A stretch of 64,000 nucleotides of DNA from Chloroflexota bacterium (GCA_016190445.1 JACPQL010000049.1:3710-67709), one strand, 5' to 3'. Shown: positions 37,393 through 46,191, counted from the first letter of the stretch. Notes: generated by a model from the sequence alone, not told the origin. Program-made: numbers and translations.

Positions 37393-38139
37393 TTATACCC
37401 GTTTCTGCAACAGCACCAGGAACTCCCTGTTCCCTGCGTCGCCCGTAATGGGAGAGGAGATCACCCCGCGCACCCGGAGGCCTTGCTCGATGGCCCACCG
37501 GACGAAGCGTGCCAGCACCGCCGCGTGCATGTTGGGGTCACGGACCACGCCGCCCCGGCCCACCTCCTTTCGCCCCGCCTCAAACTGGGGCTTCACGAGG
37601 GCGACGACGTGGCCGCCTGGGCGCAGGTGCTCCAGGGACGGTGGCAGCACCAGGGTGAGGGAGATGAAGGAGACGTCCGCGGTCACCAAGTCCACCTGCT
37701 CGGTCAGTGGGAAGGGGTAGCGGGCATTGACGCGCTCCATCACCACCACCCGGGGATCGGTGCGAAGGGTGGAGGCCATCTGGCCGTACCCCACGTCCAC
37801 GGCGTAGACGCGGCGGGCGCCGTGTTGCAGCAGGCAGTCGGTGAACCCGCCGGTGGATGCTCCCACATCCAAGGCTACCCGCCCGGCGACGTCCAGGGCG
37901 AAGTGGCGCAGGGCGGCCTCCAGCTTGAGCCCGCCCCTGCTCACGTAGCGGGCCCCCTCTGTCACCCGCAGCGGTGCTCCGGCGGGTAGCAGGCTGCTGG
38001 GTTTGGGCACGGGCTGCTCCCCGCAGTACACCCGCCCCTCTAGAATGAGCGCCTGTGCCCGCACGCGGGTGGGGGCCAAGCCAAGTTCTACCAGGAGGAT
38101 GTCGGCGCGGCGCCTGGGCCTGTTTGACACCGGATTCAC
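37393..38139 (-). CDS. tlyA: TlyA-family rRNA 2'-O-methyltransferase
   Basis: [29 protein letters not shown] (S4 domain), [39 protein letters not shown] start near 38139 or 38130; the long track N-extension was rejected. Confidence 0.85.
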   Translation of the reverse strand: MNPVSNRPRRRADILLVELGLAPTRVRAQALILEGRVYCGEQPVPKPSSLLPAGAPLRVTEGARYVSRGGLKLEAALRHFALDVAGRVALDVGASTGGFTDCLLQHGARRVYAVDVGYGQMASTLRTDPRVVVMERVNARYPFPLTEQVDLVTADVSFISLTLVLPPSLEHLRPGGHVVALVKPQFEAGRKEVGRGGVVRDPNMHAAVLARFVRWAIEQGLRVRGVISSPITGDAGNREFLVLLQKRV

Positions 38140-38153
38140 AGCTAAATTATAAT
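38124..38153 (+). promoter_or_regulatory. consensus sigma70-type promoter of rpmH
   Basis: TTGACA (38124-38129), an 18-nt spacer, then TATAAT (38148-38153), followed by GGGGGAGAGG and ATG 38181. Confidence 0.6.
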
Positions 38154-38180
38154 CGGCGCACCGGGGGAGAGGATTGTGTA

Positions 38181-38318
38181 ATGCCCAAGCGGACCTGGCA
38201 GCCCAAGAAGCGTCGGCGGCAGAGAGTGCATGGCTTTCGCGCCCGGATGAGTGACCGTGCGGGGCGAGCTGTGCTGAAGCGGCGTCGCCTGAAGGGGCGT
38301 CTGCGCTTGGCGGTATAG
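38181..38318 (+). CDS. rpmH: 50S ribosomal protein L34
   Basis: [45 protein letters not shown] (45 aa). Confidence 0.95.
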   Translation: MPKRTWQPKKRRRQRVHGFRARMSDRAGRAVLKRRRLKGRLRLAV

Positions 38319-38340
38319 GGTATGGCCCGCAATAGGGCGG

Positions 38341-38700
38341 GTGGGGCAGTGTTGGCTCGTGCAGCGCCACTTGCGACTCCGCACGCGGAGTGAATTTCAG
38401 GCGGTACAGCGTGCTGGTATCACCCGTGCCCACCCTCTGGTGGTCCTGCGGGCAGCACCCAGCAACGATGGTCAGTCCACTCGCTTTGGCTTCGTGGTGG
38501 GACGCCACGTGGCCAAGCAGGCGGTGGTGCGCAACCGGGTGAGGCGGCGGATGCGCGAAGTGGTCCGGCTAGTCCCTGTACAGCCTGGGTGGGACATTGT
38601 CCTTATCGCTCACCGGGAGGCGGCCACGGCGGACTTCCAGGCCATCCGACAGGCGGTGGTGGATGTGCTGCGGCGCGCCAGGTTACTGGCCGAAACCTAG
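38341..38700 (+). CDS. rnpA: ribonuclease P protein component
   Basis: LRTRSEFQAVQRAG...FGFVVGRHVAKQAVVRNRVRRRMRE, immediately after rpmH. The start may be GTG 38359. Confidence 0.85.
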   Translation: MGQCWLVQRHLRLRTRSEFQAVQRAGITRAHPLVVLRAAPSNDGQSTRFGFVVGRHVAKQAVVRNRVRRRMREVVRLVPVQPGWDIVLIAHREAATADFQAIRQAVVDVLRRARLLAET

Positions 38701-38712
38701 CGAGGAGTAGGG

Positions 38713-38922
38713 ATGCAGACCGGGGTCCTGCTGCTTATCAGATTGTACCGACGCGCCATATCGCCCTACATGCCGTCGGCGTGCAGGTACCAGCCTACCT
38801 GCTCCCTCTATGCCCAGGAGGCCATCGCCAGACTGGGGGTTCGCCGCGGGACATGGCTTGCGCTGAAGCGGCTGGCCCGGTGTCATCCCCTGGGTCGGAT
38901 AGGCTATGACCCTGTTCCTTAG
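38713..38922 (+). CDS. yidD: membrane protein insertion efficiency factor YidD
   Basis: [31 protein letters not shown]...[10 protein letters not shown]. Confidence 0.9.
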   Translation: MQTGVLLLIRLYRRAISPYMPSACRYQPTCSLYAQEAIARLGVRRGTWLALKRLARCHPLGRIGYDPVP

Positions 38923-38973
38923 TAATTACAGTCAACAGCTCAAGCGCTCCAGCGCCAAGATTCTGAGACGATC

Positions 38974-40083
38974 GTGACGATCCCGCGCAAGGTCTTTGTC
39001 CTGCTACTTCTGGCATTCGTCCTGGCGTTGGCCAGCGGGTGCACCGGTAGAAACCTCACAGCCGCTACCGGGTGGTCAGGGGCCACCCTGTCGGGCGACC
39101 TTCTGTACCTGGGGACCATGGAAGGCAGGGTGTTGGCCCTGGAGGTCGCCAGCCTCGGAAGTGAGCGCTGGCGTTTCCCGAAGGGTGACAAAGACGAGAG
39201 GCTGGAGCCTGTCTATGGCCCTCCTGCCGTGACCGACGGGCGGGTATATGTGGGTACCTACGGTGGCAAGGTGTACGCGCTGGATGCCGCCAGTGGCAAC
39301 AAGGTCTGGGAGTTCGATACCGGCGGGCAGATCGTGGGGGGGCCGGCTGTGGCCGACGGCCTGGTTGCCATCGGCTATGCCGACGGCCTCTATGTGATAG
39401 ACGCCCAGGATGGTGGCCGCCGCTGTCGCTTCCCCGCCCAGGGGAAAATAGGTAAGGTGTGGTCCACCCCCGCTATAGCCCAGGGGGTGGTGTACTTCGG
39501 TTCCCTAGACTACAACGTGTACGCAGTCAATCTTGCAGACTGCCAAGAGCGCTGGCGTTTCCCCACCAAGGGGGCAGTGGCCGCAACGCCATTGGTGCAC
39601 CAGGGCGTAGTCTACGTAGGCTCCTTTGATCGCACCTTCTACGCTCTGGATGACACGGCTCTTGCAGAGGACAGGGAGCGCAAGGTGCTGTGGACGTTCC
39701 AGGGTGCCAAGAACTGGTTCTGGAGCGGCGTGGTCACTGACGGGGAGCTAGTGTTCGTGCCGTCCATGGACTGGAGGCTGTACGCTCTCCGTATCCGGGA
39801 TGGCACCCTGGCGTGGGGGTCGGCTTTCGATGCCGGTGGTCCCATTCTCTCAACCCCCACCATTGCTGGCAGTCGAGTGACCGTGGCGTCTGATGCGGGT
39901 AGGGTCCACGTGCTGGACCGGAGGAGCGGCGCCGAGGAGTGGTCATATAAGGTGGACGCCAAGGTGCGCGCGCCTCTGGTGGCGGCGGGGGACCGGGTCT
40001 ACCTGAGCGCCCTGGACCATAGTGTCCGGGCTGTGAACGTGGAGCGTGGGCGCCAGGAGTGGCAGGTCAGCACCAAGCAGTAG
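38974..40083 (+). CDS. PQQ-like beta-propeller repeat lipoprotein (BamB-like fold)
   Basis: Signal peptide and lipobox LALASGC, followed by repeated GxVYAxD/...G...W motifs (GKVYALDAASGNKVWEF, NVYAVNLADCQERWRF, RLYALRIRDGTLAW, RVHVLDRRSGAEEW). Confidence 0.8.
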   Translation: MTIPRKVFVLLLLAFVLALASGCTGRNLTAATGWSGATLSGDLLYLGTMEGRVLALEVASLGSERWRFPKGDKDERLEPVYGPPAVTDGRVYVGTYGGKVYALDAASGNKVWEFDTGGQIVGGPAVADGLVAIGYADGLYVIDAQDGGRRCRFPAQGKIGKVWSTPAIAQGVVYFGSLDYNVYAVNLADCQERWRFPTKGAVAATPLVHQGVVYVGSFDRTFYALDDTALAEDRERKVLWTFQGAKNWFWSGVVTDGELVFVPSMDWRLYALRIRDGTLAWGSAFDAGGPILSTPTIAGSRVTVASDAGRVHVLDRRSGAEEWSYKVDAKVRAPLVAAGDRVYLSALDHSVRAVNVERGRQEWQVSTKQ

Positions 40084-40085
40084 GA

Positions 40086-40120
40086 GCTGTTGCAAAAGTC
40101 CTTGGGACTTTTGCAACAGC
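40086..40120 (+). terminator. strong stem-loop after the propeller gene (no U-tract)
   Basis: 16-bp perfect stem GCTGTTGCAAAAGTCC-TTG-GGACTTTTGCAACAGC, starting 3 nt after the stop. Confidence 0.45.
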
Positions 40121-40174
40121 CTGTAACAACAAGGGGAGCTGGCCACTAGCCGGCCCCTGATAGACGGAGAGCCG

Positions 40175-41071
40175 TTGGAACTCATAGGGCTTCTGTGGAA
40201 CGAAATCATCATCAGGCCGATGATCAACAGCCTGTTGCTATTGTATGTCCTTCTCTTCAGCAACTTTGGCCTGGCGATCATTGCCTTTACCTTGGTTGTC
40301 CGCGTGGTGACTCTTCCTCTATCCCTGCGGCAGGCCCACCAGATGAAGGCAATGTCGGGCCTGCAACCCAAGCTCAAAGATATCCAGGAACGCTACCGCA
40401 ACGACAGAGCCAAGGTCTCCCAGGAGACCATGCGCCTGTACCGGCAGGCCGGGGTCAGCCCCCTGGGCTGCCTGGGGCCAATGGTCATCCAGTTCCCGGT
40501 GTGGATCGGCCTCTTCTATGCCATAGTCCAGACGCTGCCCACCACGCCGGAGAACCTGGCGGGCCTCTCCCAGAAGCTGTACTCATGGCTTCCCCTGGTG
40601 CATACCCTGCCGCCGGTGAATGGGCGGTTCCTCTGGCTGGACCTGGCGTTGCCAGATCCGACTCCCCTGGTGTTACCCATACTCTCCGGTGCCAGCATGT
40701 GGGTGCAGCAGAAGATGAGTACCATGCCCTCCGTAGACCCGCGGCAGCGTGCCCAGAACACCATGATGCTCTGGATGATGCCTATATTCTTCGTAATTCT
40801 CAGCCTACAATTCCCTAGCGGGCTGGTGCTCTACTGGGTGGTCTCTAATGTCATTGGCATTGTAATCCAGTACTTTGTCACTGGCTGGGGAAGCCTCTTT
40901 GGCGCCGCCGCTCCTGTGACGGTGCCCGCCACTCCCCAGCCGGCGAAGGAGACAGCAGGCGATGGAGAGCAAAAACCTGGAGGTGACAGCCAAGACGGTG
41001 GAGGAGGCCGTCGAGCTCGCGCTAAGGCAGCTCGACGCAAGTCGCGAGGAGGTAGAGGTAGAGGTCGTTAG
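40175..41071 (+). CDS. yidC: membrane protein insertase YidC (short, Oxa1-like)
   Basis: NFGLAIIAFTLVVRVVTLPL, MKAMSGLQPKLKDIQERYRND, ETMRLYRQAGVSPLGC, PSGLVLYWVVSN, basic C-terminal tail. Confidence 0.9.
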   Translation: MELIGLLWNEIIIRPMINSLLLLYVLLFSNFGLAIIAFTLVVRVVTLPLSLRQAHQMKAMSGLQPKLKDIQERYRNDRAKVSQETMRLYRQAGVSPLGCLGPMVIQFPVWIGLFYAIVQTLPTTPENLAGLSQKLYSWLPLVHTLPPVNGRFLWLDLALPDPTPLVLPILSGASMWVQQKMSTMPSVDPRQRAQNTMMLWMMPIFFVILSLQFPSGLVLYWVVSNVIGIVIQYFVTGWGSLFGAAAPVTVPATPQPAKETAGDGEQKPGGDSQDGGGGRRARAKAARRKSRGGRGRGR

Positions 41072-41621
41072 CCGGGGCCGCGCTGGCATCCTGGGCATCG
41101 GCTCCGAGCCCGCCCGGGTGCGCGTCAGCCGCCTCCAGCCTGGCAGCAATGTGGCCTCCCAGGGCATGGAGGTGCTGAACAAACTGCTGAGCCTCATGGG
41201 CGTCTCCGCCATCGCCACAATCCGTCACGCCGGCGATGAGGTAGCGGGCGAGCCTCCCACCATTGACATCACCGGGGAGGACTCGGGGCTGCTCATCGGG
41301 CGCAGGGGGGAGACGCTTCGCACTCTCCAGTTCATGGTCAGCTTTCTGCTCAGCCGCCAATTGGGGAGCCGAGCTTACGTGGCGGTGGATGTGGAGCAGT
41401 ACCGGGAGAAGCGTTACAACTCGCTGCGGGCCCTGGCCCGCCGAGTGGCGGAGCGGGTGGTGGCCACCGGTCGCCCCGCCACTCTGGAGCCGATGCCCGC
41501 CGCAGAGCGGCGCATCATCCACATGGCCCTGGCAGACCACCCTCGGGTGACCACCCAGAGCGTGGGCGAAGGCGATAGCCGCCAGGTGTCCATACGCCCC
41601 CGCGACAAAGAGGCTTCATGA
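40962..41621 (+). CDS. jag: Jag/KhpB RNA-binding protein (Jag_N, KH, R3H)
   Basis: MESKNLEVTAKTVEEAVELALRQL (Jag_N), LLIGRRGETLRTLQ (KH), LEPMPAAERRIIHMAL (R3H). GAAGGAGA lies upstream of ATG 40962. Confidence 0.85.
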   Translation: MESKNLEVTAKTVEEAVELALRQLDASREEVEVEVVSRGRAGILGIGSEPARVRVSRLQPGSNVASQGMEVLNKLLSLMGVSAIATIRHAGDEVAGEPPTIDITGEDSGLLIGRRGETLRTLQFMVSFLLSRQLGSRAYVAVDVEQYREKRYNSLRALARRVAERVVATGRPATLEPMPAAERRIIHMALADHPRVTTQSVGEGDSRQVSIRPRDKEAS

Positions 41622-42580
41622 CAGGACCCGCTGGCGCTGCCAGCTACCTGGACGGCTTCTCCCAGGCCATCAGCGCCGTTGCGCGTCTGGTGAGCCCTGC
41701 CGTGGTGAGCATAAGGGTCCACGGCTCCCGGGGCCGTGGTGGGCCCGGCACCGAAGGGGCTGGCTCTGGGGTCCTGATAGCCCCCGACGGCTATCTGCTG
41801 ACCAACAGCCACGTGGTCCAGGGCGCGGACCATCTGCACGTTATCCTGGCGGATGCCCGCGAGTCGGACGCCGAGCTTGTCGGCGAGGACTCGGACACCG
41901 ACCTGGCAGTGCTGCGGTTGCCCCTCTCCGGGTTACCTGCGGCCAAGCTGGGGGACTCCGACGGCCTTCAGCCTGGGCAACTGGTTATCGCCATTGGAAA
42001 CCCCTTCGGCCTCCAGACCACCGTCACCATGGGCGTGGTCAGCGCTCTGGGGCGCTCCCTCCGCAGCCGCACCGGTCGCCTCATTGACAACATCATCCAG
42101 ACGGACGCCGCCCTCAATCCTGGCAACAGCGGTGGCCCTCTGGTGGATACTCGCTCTGACGTGGTGGGCATCAACACCGCCATTATCCAGTACGCCCAGG
42201 GCATCTGCTTCGCCATACCGGTGAACACCGCCAAGTGGGTCACCGGCGAACTCATCCGGCAGGGGCGGGTGTACCGGGGCTATCTGGGCATTGCCGCCCA
42301 GAGCATGGAGTTCGGTGAGTCCCTGCGGGCCTTGGGCCTCTCCCAGGGGTCCGGGGTGCTGGTGACCAACGTCGCCCCCGGTGGCCCGGCGGCACGGGGC
42401 GGACTCCGCCCTCGTGACGTCATCGTGGCACTGATGGAGAAGACCGTCGCCACCACCGACGACCTCCATCGCCTCCTCACCGGGGACACCATCGGCCAGT
42501 CGCTCCCCCTGGATGTGGTGAGGGAGGGGGTGCTGCTGCGCGCCACGGTGGTCCCGGCGGCGGATCTGCCCAGGTTCTAG
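41618..42580 (+). CDS. HtrA/DegP-like S1C serine protease with PDZ domain
   Basis: GSGVLIAPDGYLLTNSHVV, DTDLAVLRL, TDAALNPGNSGGPLVD, and a PDZ-like C-terminus. Confidence 0.9.
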   Translation: MTGPAGAASYLDGFSQAISAVARLVSPAVVSIRVHGSRGRGGPGTEGAGSGVLIAPDGYLLTNSHVVQGADHLHVILADARESDAELVGEDSDTDLAVLRLPLSGLPAAKLGDSDGLQPGQLVIAIGNPFGLQTTVTMGVVSALGRSLRSRTGRLIDNIIQTDAALNPGNSGGPLVDTRSDVVGINTAIIQYAQGICFAIPVNTAKWVTGELIRQGRVYRGYLGIAAQSMEFGESLRALGLSQGSGVLVTNVAPGGPAARGGLRPRDVIVALMEKTVATTDDLHRLLTGDTIGQSLPLDVVREGVLLRATVVPAADLPRF

Positions 42581-42760
42581 AGCTGGTTGCAAAAGCCAGT
42601 TTCGATGGACGCCTTTTTTGCCCTGAAGAGCAGACCTGATTGTTCCCACCCACCCGCCCTTGGTGTGGTTTTGAGTTTGAGGGGATACCCCTCAAACTCC
42701 CCGGCGGGGGCAAAGCCCCCTGCACCCCCTGGAGGGTACCCGCGACTTTTGCGATAGCTT

Positions 42761-42828
42761 GGCTTTGTTGACATCCCCGCTTGCCTATGGCCGTGGCAGA
42801 GGAGTAGGAGGGTGCAGGGAGCCTGGGT
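42761..42828 (+). repeat. intergenic repeat module L (copy 1 of 2)
   Basis: ggctttgttgaca...gtaggagggtgcagggagcctgggt. A second copy lies at 53684-53753, and its last 25 nt differ at one position. Confidence 0.6.
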
Positions 42829-42835
42829 TCCCTAC

Positions 42836-42922
42836 CGGGGGTCTGGGGGTGTCCCCCAGATTCATTCTTCTCTCCCTCTCCCTTGCCAAGGGAGAGGGAG
42901 ACACAGGGGGGTGAGGGATTTC
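42836..42922 (+). repeat. hairpin-rich intergenic repeat, copy A (partial)
   Basis: cgggggtctgggggtgtcccccag...ccctctcccttgccaagggagaggg...ggggggtgaggg. Shares the 3' two-thirds of the element at 58996-59115 and (inverted) 54985-55095. Confidence 0.7.
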
Positions 42923-42932
42923 CGAATAGCCG

Positions 42933-44048
42933 CTAGGCGAGGTACCCGATGGTGCCTCCCGAAGAGGGTGGGGCCTCCCCTTCGCCCCACCACACACCGG
43001 GGATGCGGGTGCCGCAGCCGGGGCATGTCCCGGCCCCCGTGATGGCGTAGCGGAGCACCTGGAAGCCGTAACGCTCCACCAGAAGGGTGTTGCAGTGGGG
43101 GCAGTAGGTGTTCTCCATGTCCCTGAGGGCGCCGGGCACGTTCCCCGCATACGCGAAGCGCAGCCCCTCCTCTCGCCCGATGGCGGCAGCCCGCGCAAGG
43201 ATGTCCGGTGCGGTGTTCTCTCTATCCTGCATCTTGTAGTCGCTGTGGAAGGCCGTCACGTGCCACGGGATGTCCCGGGAGACCGATACCAGGAAGCGGG
43301 CCGTCTCCCGTAGCTCCTGGTCCGAGTCGTTGAATCCAGGGACCACCAGAGTTACCACCTCTGTCCAGAAGTCCAGGGCGTGCACCATGCGTATGGTGTC
43401 CAGGACGTGTGCAAGGACACCACCCAGCTTCCGGTACTGCCGGTCCGACATGGACTTCAGGTCTATCTTGTAGGCGTCCACCCAGGGGCGCAGGTACTCC
43501 AGGACCTCAGGCGTGGCGTTGCCGTTGGACACGTAGCATGTCCTCAACCCGCGCTCTCTGGCCTGCCGGAACACCTCCACCGCCCACTCGGAGGTGATGA
43601 GCGGCTCGTTGTAAGAGCTGCCCACCAGGCTGGCACCGGAGCGCGTTGCCAGGGCCGCGATCTGCTCGGCCTCCATCGGCTGCGGGAAGTACCCCGCCTC
43701 CGAGTCCCTGAGGGCCTGGGAGGTGAGCCAGTTCTGGCAGTAGGGGCAGTGGAAGTCGCAGCCCAGCATCCCGAAGGTCATGGTGAGCGAGCCGGGCAGC
43801 ACGTGGAAGAAGGGCTTCTTCTCCGTGGGGTCGCACTGGAGGGCGGCCACGTAGCCCCAGGGCACCTGGAGCTTCCCATCTTTGTTGAAACGGACCTTGC
43901 AGATACCCCTGAGCCCGTCCCTAGCAACGCACCGGTGGCCGCAGGCGTAGCAGAGCACCGCGTTGTTCTCCAGCCGCTGGTACAACTCTCCTTCTCGCGT
44001 GTGACGGTCCAGCATCTCGCCCAGTGCGACGGTCTCCTGGCGAAGCAT
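42933..44048 (-). CDS. amrS: AmmeMemoRadiSam-system radical SAM enzyme
   Basis: VLCYACGHRCV...GICKVR, FGMLGCDFHCPYCQNW (radical SAM CxxxCxxC), PWHVTAFHSDYKM, YCPHC...CPGCG. Start trimmed to ATG 44048 (GAGGTGG upstream). Confidence 0.85.
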   Translation of the reverse strand: MLRQETVALGEMLDRHTREGELYQRLENNAVLCYACGHRCVARDGLRGICKVRFNKDGKLQVPWGYVAALQCDPTEKKPFFHVLPGSLTMTFGMLGCDFHCPYCQNWLTSQALRDSEAGYFPQPMEAEQIAALATRSGASLVGSSYNEPLITSEWAVEVFRQARERGLRTCYVSNGNATPEVLEYLRPWVDAYKIDLKSMSDRQYRKLGGVLAHVLDTIRMVHALDFWTEVVTLVVPGFNDSDQELRETARFLVSVSRDIPWHVTAFHSDYKMQDRENTAPDILARAAAIGREEGLRFAYAGNVPGALRDMENTYCPHCNTLLVERYGFQVLRYAITGAGTCPGCGTRIPGVWWGEGEAPPSSGGTIGYLA

Positions 44049-44061
44049 CTTCCACCTCTCG

Positions 44062-44853
44062 CTAGCCCTCTTCGGTGATGACGGCAGCAATCAGGCGGGC
44101 GGGGACCAACTGGAAGCCGGGCTCCAGGGCCTGGGGCGCTCCTTCGCTGTCCAGCTTGAAGGAGTCCGCCACCACGTAGAAGGGCACCGAGGCGCCCCGG
44201 CAGGCCAGGGCCAGCTCCAGGCTGGGCGCACCGTTGACCACGTCGCCGCCAGGGAGCACACGGTCTGCCCCCACCAGCGCCAAGTCCGCGACCTTCACCA
44301 CCTTACCCATGTCCCTGTCCGCCACCACTCTCGCATCCAGGCCAGCTTTGGCCAGCTCACTCGCCAGCCGCCTCCCGTGGGCTGTATGGCCTGAGCCCGA
44401 CTCCAGCACCAGCACAGAGAGGGCCTTGCACGAGCGGTGCGCCTCCACCAGCGCCCGCGCCACGGTGCTGCTGTAGCTGCACGTCAGTACCCTTGAGCCG
44501 TCCCTGATCATGGCCGCTGCCCTGGCAGCCGCCTGCACCACGGCGTGCTCCAGCAGCCCCTCCACCTCTCGCCCCACCCTGGCTGCGGCCTCTGAGTCCC
44601 AGCAGCCGGTGGCCTCCATCTGCTCCAGGAAGCGCGCTACCGCGTTGCGGATGGGCACCATGGTGGGCCGCGCCCTGGCCAACTCTCTGGCCAGACCCCG
44701 GAGATAGTCCTCCACACCAGCACCGGCGGGCACGCTCCGGGCCGCCATAACCATTGTACGCACCGCCTTCCTGGCCAGGAAGCTGGCCCCGTGCTCCCGG
44801 TCCTCCCGGATGGCGGCTATGCTGCTGCCGATTTGGGCGCTACTCGCTGCCAC
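44062..44853 (-). CDS. eIF-2B alpha/beta/delta-like (IF-2B family) sugar-phosphate isomerase homologue
   Basis: C-terminal two-thirds of the 393-aa track ORF: RDGSRVLTCSYSSTV, VLVLESGSG.., ADLALVGADRVLPGGDVVNGAPS, FYVVADSFK. GTG 44853 is assumed as the start; the upstream part is P/G/R-rich and overlaps the NUDIX gene. Confidence 0.6.
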   Translation of the reverse strand: MAASSAQIGSSIAAIREDREHGASFLARKAVRTMVMAARSVPAGAGVEDYLRGLARELARARPTMVPIRNAVARFLEQMEATGCWDSEAAARVGREVEGLLEHAVVQAAARAAAMIRDGSRVLTCSYSSTVARALVEAHRSCKALSVLVLESGSGHTAHGRRLASELAKAGLDARVVADRDMGKVVKVADLALVGADRVLPGGDVVNGAPSLELALACRGASVPFYVVADSFKLDSEGAPQALEPGFQLVPARLIAAVITEEG

Positions 44854-45257
44854 GTCTCCCTCAGCCTGGGGACGGTCTCCAGCTTGGCCAGCTCTTCGGG
44901 GCGGACCCACCGGGACTCCACGTGCTCCCAGTCCGTGCGCAGCTTGGTGAGGTCCAGCACCTGCCACAGAAAAGGGAACACCCGCCAGCGGGTGTCGTAC
45001 TGGGGGTCCTCCGCCTCCAGGGGCTGTCCCTCGGCCAGAAGCCGCACGTCCCAAGGGGCCAGGCCCGTCTCCTCCTCTATCTCGCGCAGTGCCTGCTGGC
45101 GCGGGGTAGCGGTCTCCTCCAGGTAGCCGCTGACGCCCGCCCACCGGCCCTGGTGGGTGGCCACCTGCTGGCTGCGGCGGAGCACGAGAATTCGGCCCCG
45201 ATGGGTCAGGAAGGATGTCACCACCCTGCGCTCTTGCACACATTCACTGTAATGCAA
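44817..45257 (-). CDS. NUDIX hydrolase
   Basis: Nudix box GVSGYLEETATPRQQALREIEEETGL. The start is ambiguous (TTG 45257 or GTG 45239). Confidence 0.8.
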   Translation of the reverse strand: MHYSECVQERRVVTSFLTHRGRILVLRRSQQVATHQGRWAGVSGYLEETATPRQQALREIEEETGLAPWDVRLLAEGQPLEAEDPQYDTRWRVFPFLWQVLDLTKLRTDWEHVESRWVRPEELAKLETVPRLRETWQRVAPKSAAA

Positions 45258-45520
45258 ACACTAGGCGTGCGCCAACGGGGTGGCAAGGGGCTTGGGAGCT
45301 TTCCTTCGTGGCGAAGGTGTCAGCAAGCGTAGCTACGGTGCAGTGGTGCACCAGGCCCATGGATTTGGCGGTGCCGCGGTGCTCTATGGGCCTGTGATTA
45401 GCTACAACTCGGCGTACTGGACACACCGAACTACGGTGACGCGCCTCCATGCCAGGCAGGTCAACTCTGAGGACGCGATGCGGCCCTACAAGCCGAGGAC
45501 GCCGCCAGGCGGCGGGCCGA

Positions 45521-45700
45521 CTAGCGAATGCGTTCCCCACACTGGGTACACTTGAGCCCAGTTATCTTGGTGGGGTTGGCCGTGTCCTCATGCAGCGTTA
45601 CCTGGTGGCTCATGGGGTGTGCGCACGAGGGGCGCGCAGGCGCCTCCTTCTCCTGAGCCTCTTCCTTGCCCCTGCGGAAGATACCTAGCAGCTTTACCAC
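45521..45700 (-). CDS. 59-aa hypothetical protein with a C-terminal CxxC (below ORF-track cutoff)
   Basis: GGAGGT, a 6-nt spacer, then GTG 45700. Product VVKLLGIFRRGKEEAQEKEAPARPSCAHPMSHQVTLHEDTANPTKITGLKCTQCGERIR. Confidence 0.3.
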   Translation of the reverse strand: MVKLLGIFRRGKEEAQEKEAPARPSCAHPMSHQVTLHEDTANPTKITGLKCTQCGERIR

Positions 45701-45834
45701 GGCTCTACCTCCTGCTTAGGCTCAGGTATCGAGCAAGCCGGTGGCTTGCGCTACGGCCCTCCAACCGAGAGGCGGGCTGGTGTACTTTGATTGTACACAT
45801 GCACCGGACAGGCGCAAGAGGGGGCACTCATTCC

Positions 45835-45863
45835 TTGACCCGCTCCCACCCGCGTCCTATGAT
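45835..45863 (+). promoter_or_regulatory. candidate promoter of tRNA-Pro
   Basis: TTGACC (45835-45840), a 17-nt spacer, then TATGAT (45858-45863), 8 nt before the tRNA 5' end. Confidence 0.55.
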
Positions 45864-45871
45864 GGGCATGG

Positions 45872-45943
45872 CGGGGCGTGGCCCAGCGGTAGGGCACCTG
45901 GTTTGGGACCAGGAGGTCGCCAGTTCGATCCTGGCCGCCCCGA
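45872..45943 (+). tRNA. tRNA-Pro (anticodon UGG)
   Basis: Folded by hand: acceptor CGGGGCG/CGCCCCG, D arm GCCC-AGCGGTA-GGGC, anticodon arm CCTGG-TTTGGGA-CCAGG, variable loop AGGTC, T arm GCCAG-TTCGATC-CTGGC, discriminator A. No encoded CCA. Confidence 0.9.
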
Positions 45944-45978
45944 CTCCAGCGTATAATGGCTAAGTGAAAGAGGACAAG

Positions 45979-46191
45979 ATGGGACCCAGTGAGATCATAT
46001 TCACTGTACAGGAGTCCCCCGAAGGCGGGTATGAGGCCAGGGCTCTCGGCTACTCCATTTACACGCAGGCGGAGTCCTTCGAGGAGCTAAAGGGGATGGT
46101 CCAAGAAGCCGTCCGCTGTCACTTTGACGAAGAGGCCAGGCCCCGAGTCATTCGGCTGCACATCGTCAAGGAAGAGGTCATCCCTGCTTGA
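45979..46191 (+). CDS. hicB: HicB-like antitoxin (UPF0150 fold, no DNA-binding extension)
   Basis: IIFTVQESPEGGYEARALGYSIYTQAESFEELKGMVQEAVRCHF. TTGA overlap with the next gene. The start is ATG 45979 (GAGGA upstream) or GTG 45964. Confidence 0.65.
   Translation: MGPSEIIFTVQESPEGGYEARALGYSIYTQAESFEELKGMVQEAVRCHFDEEARPRVIRLHIVKEEVIPA

Noticed and set aside
38055-38180. N-terminal extension of ribosomal protein L34 (87-aa track ORF)
   Set aside because: L34 is a ~45-aa protein starting MPKRTWQP. A consensus promoter and RBS lie inside the supposed extension.
42581-42625. Rho-independent terminator after htrA (T-run at 42613-42618)
   Set aside because: Only a 4-bp stem (CTGG...CCAG) precedes the T-run, and no stable hairpin is directly adjacent to it.
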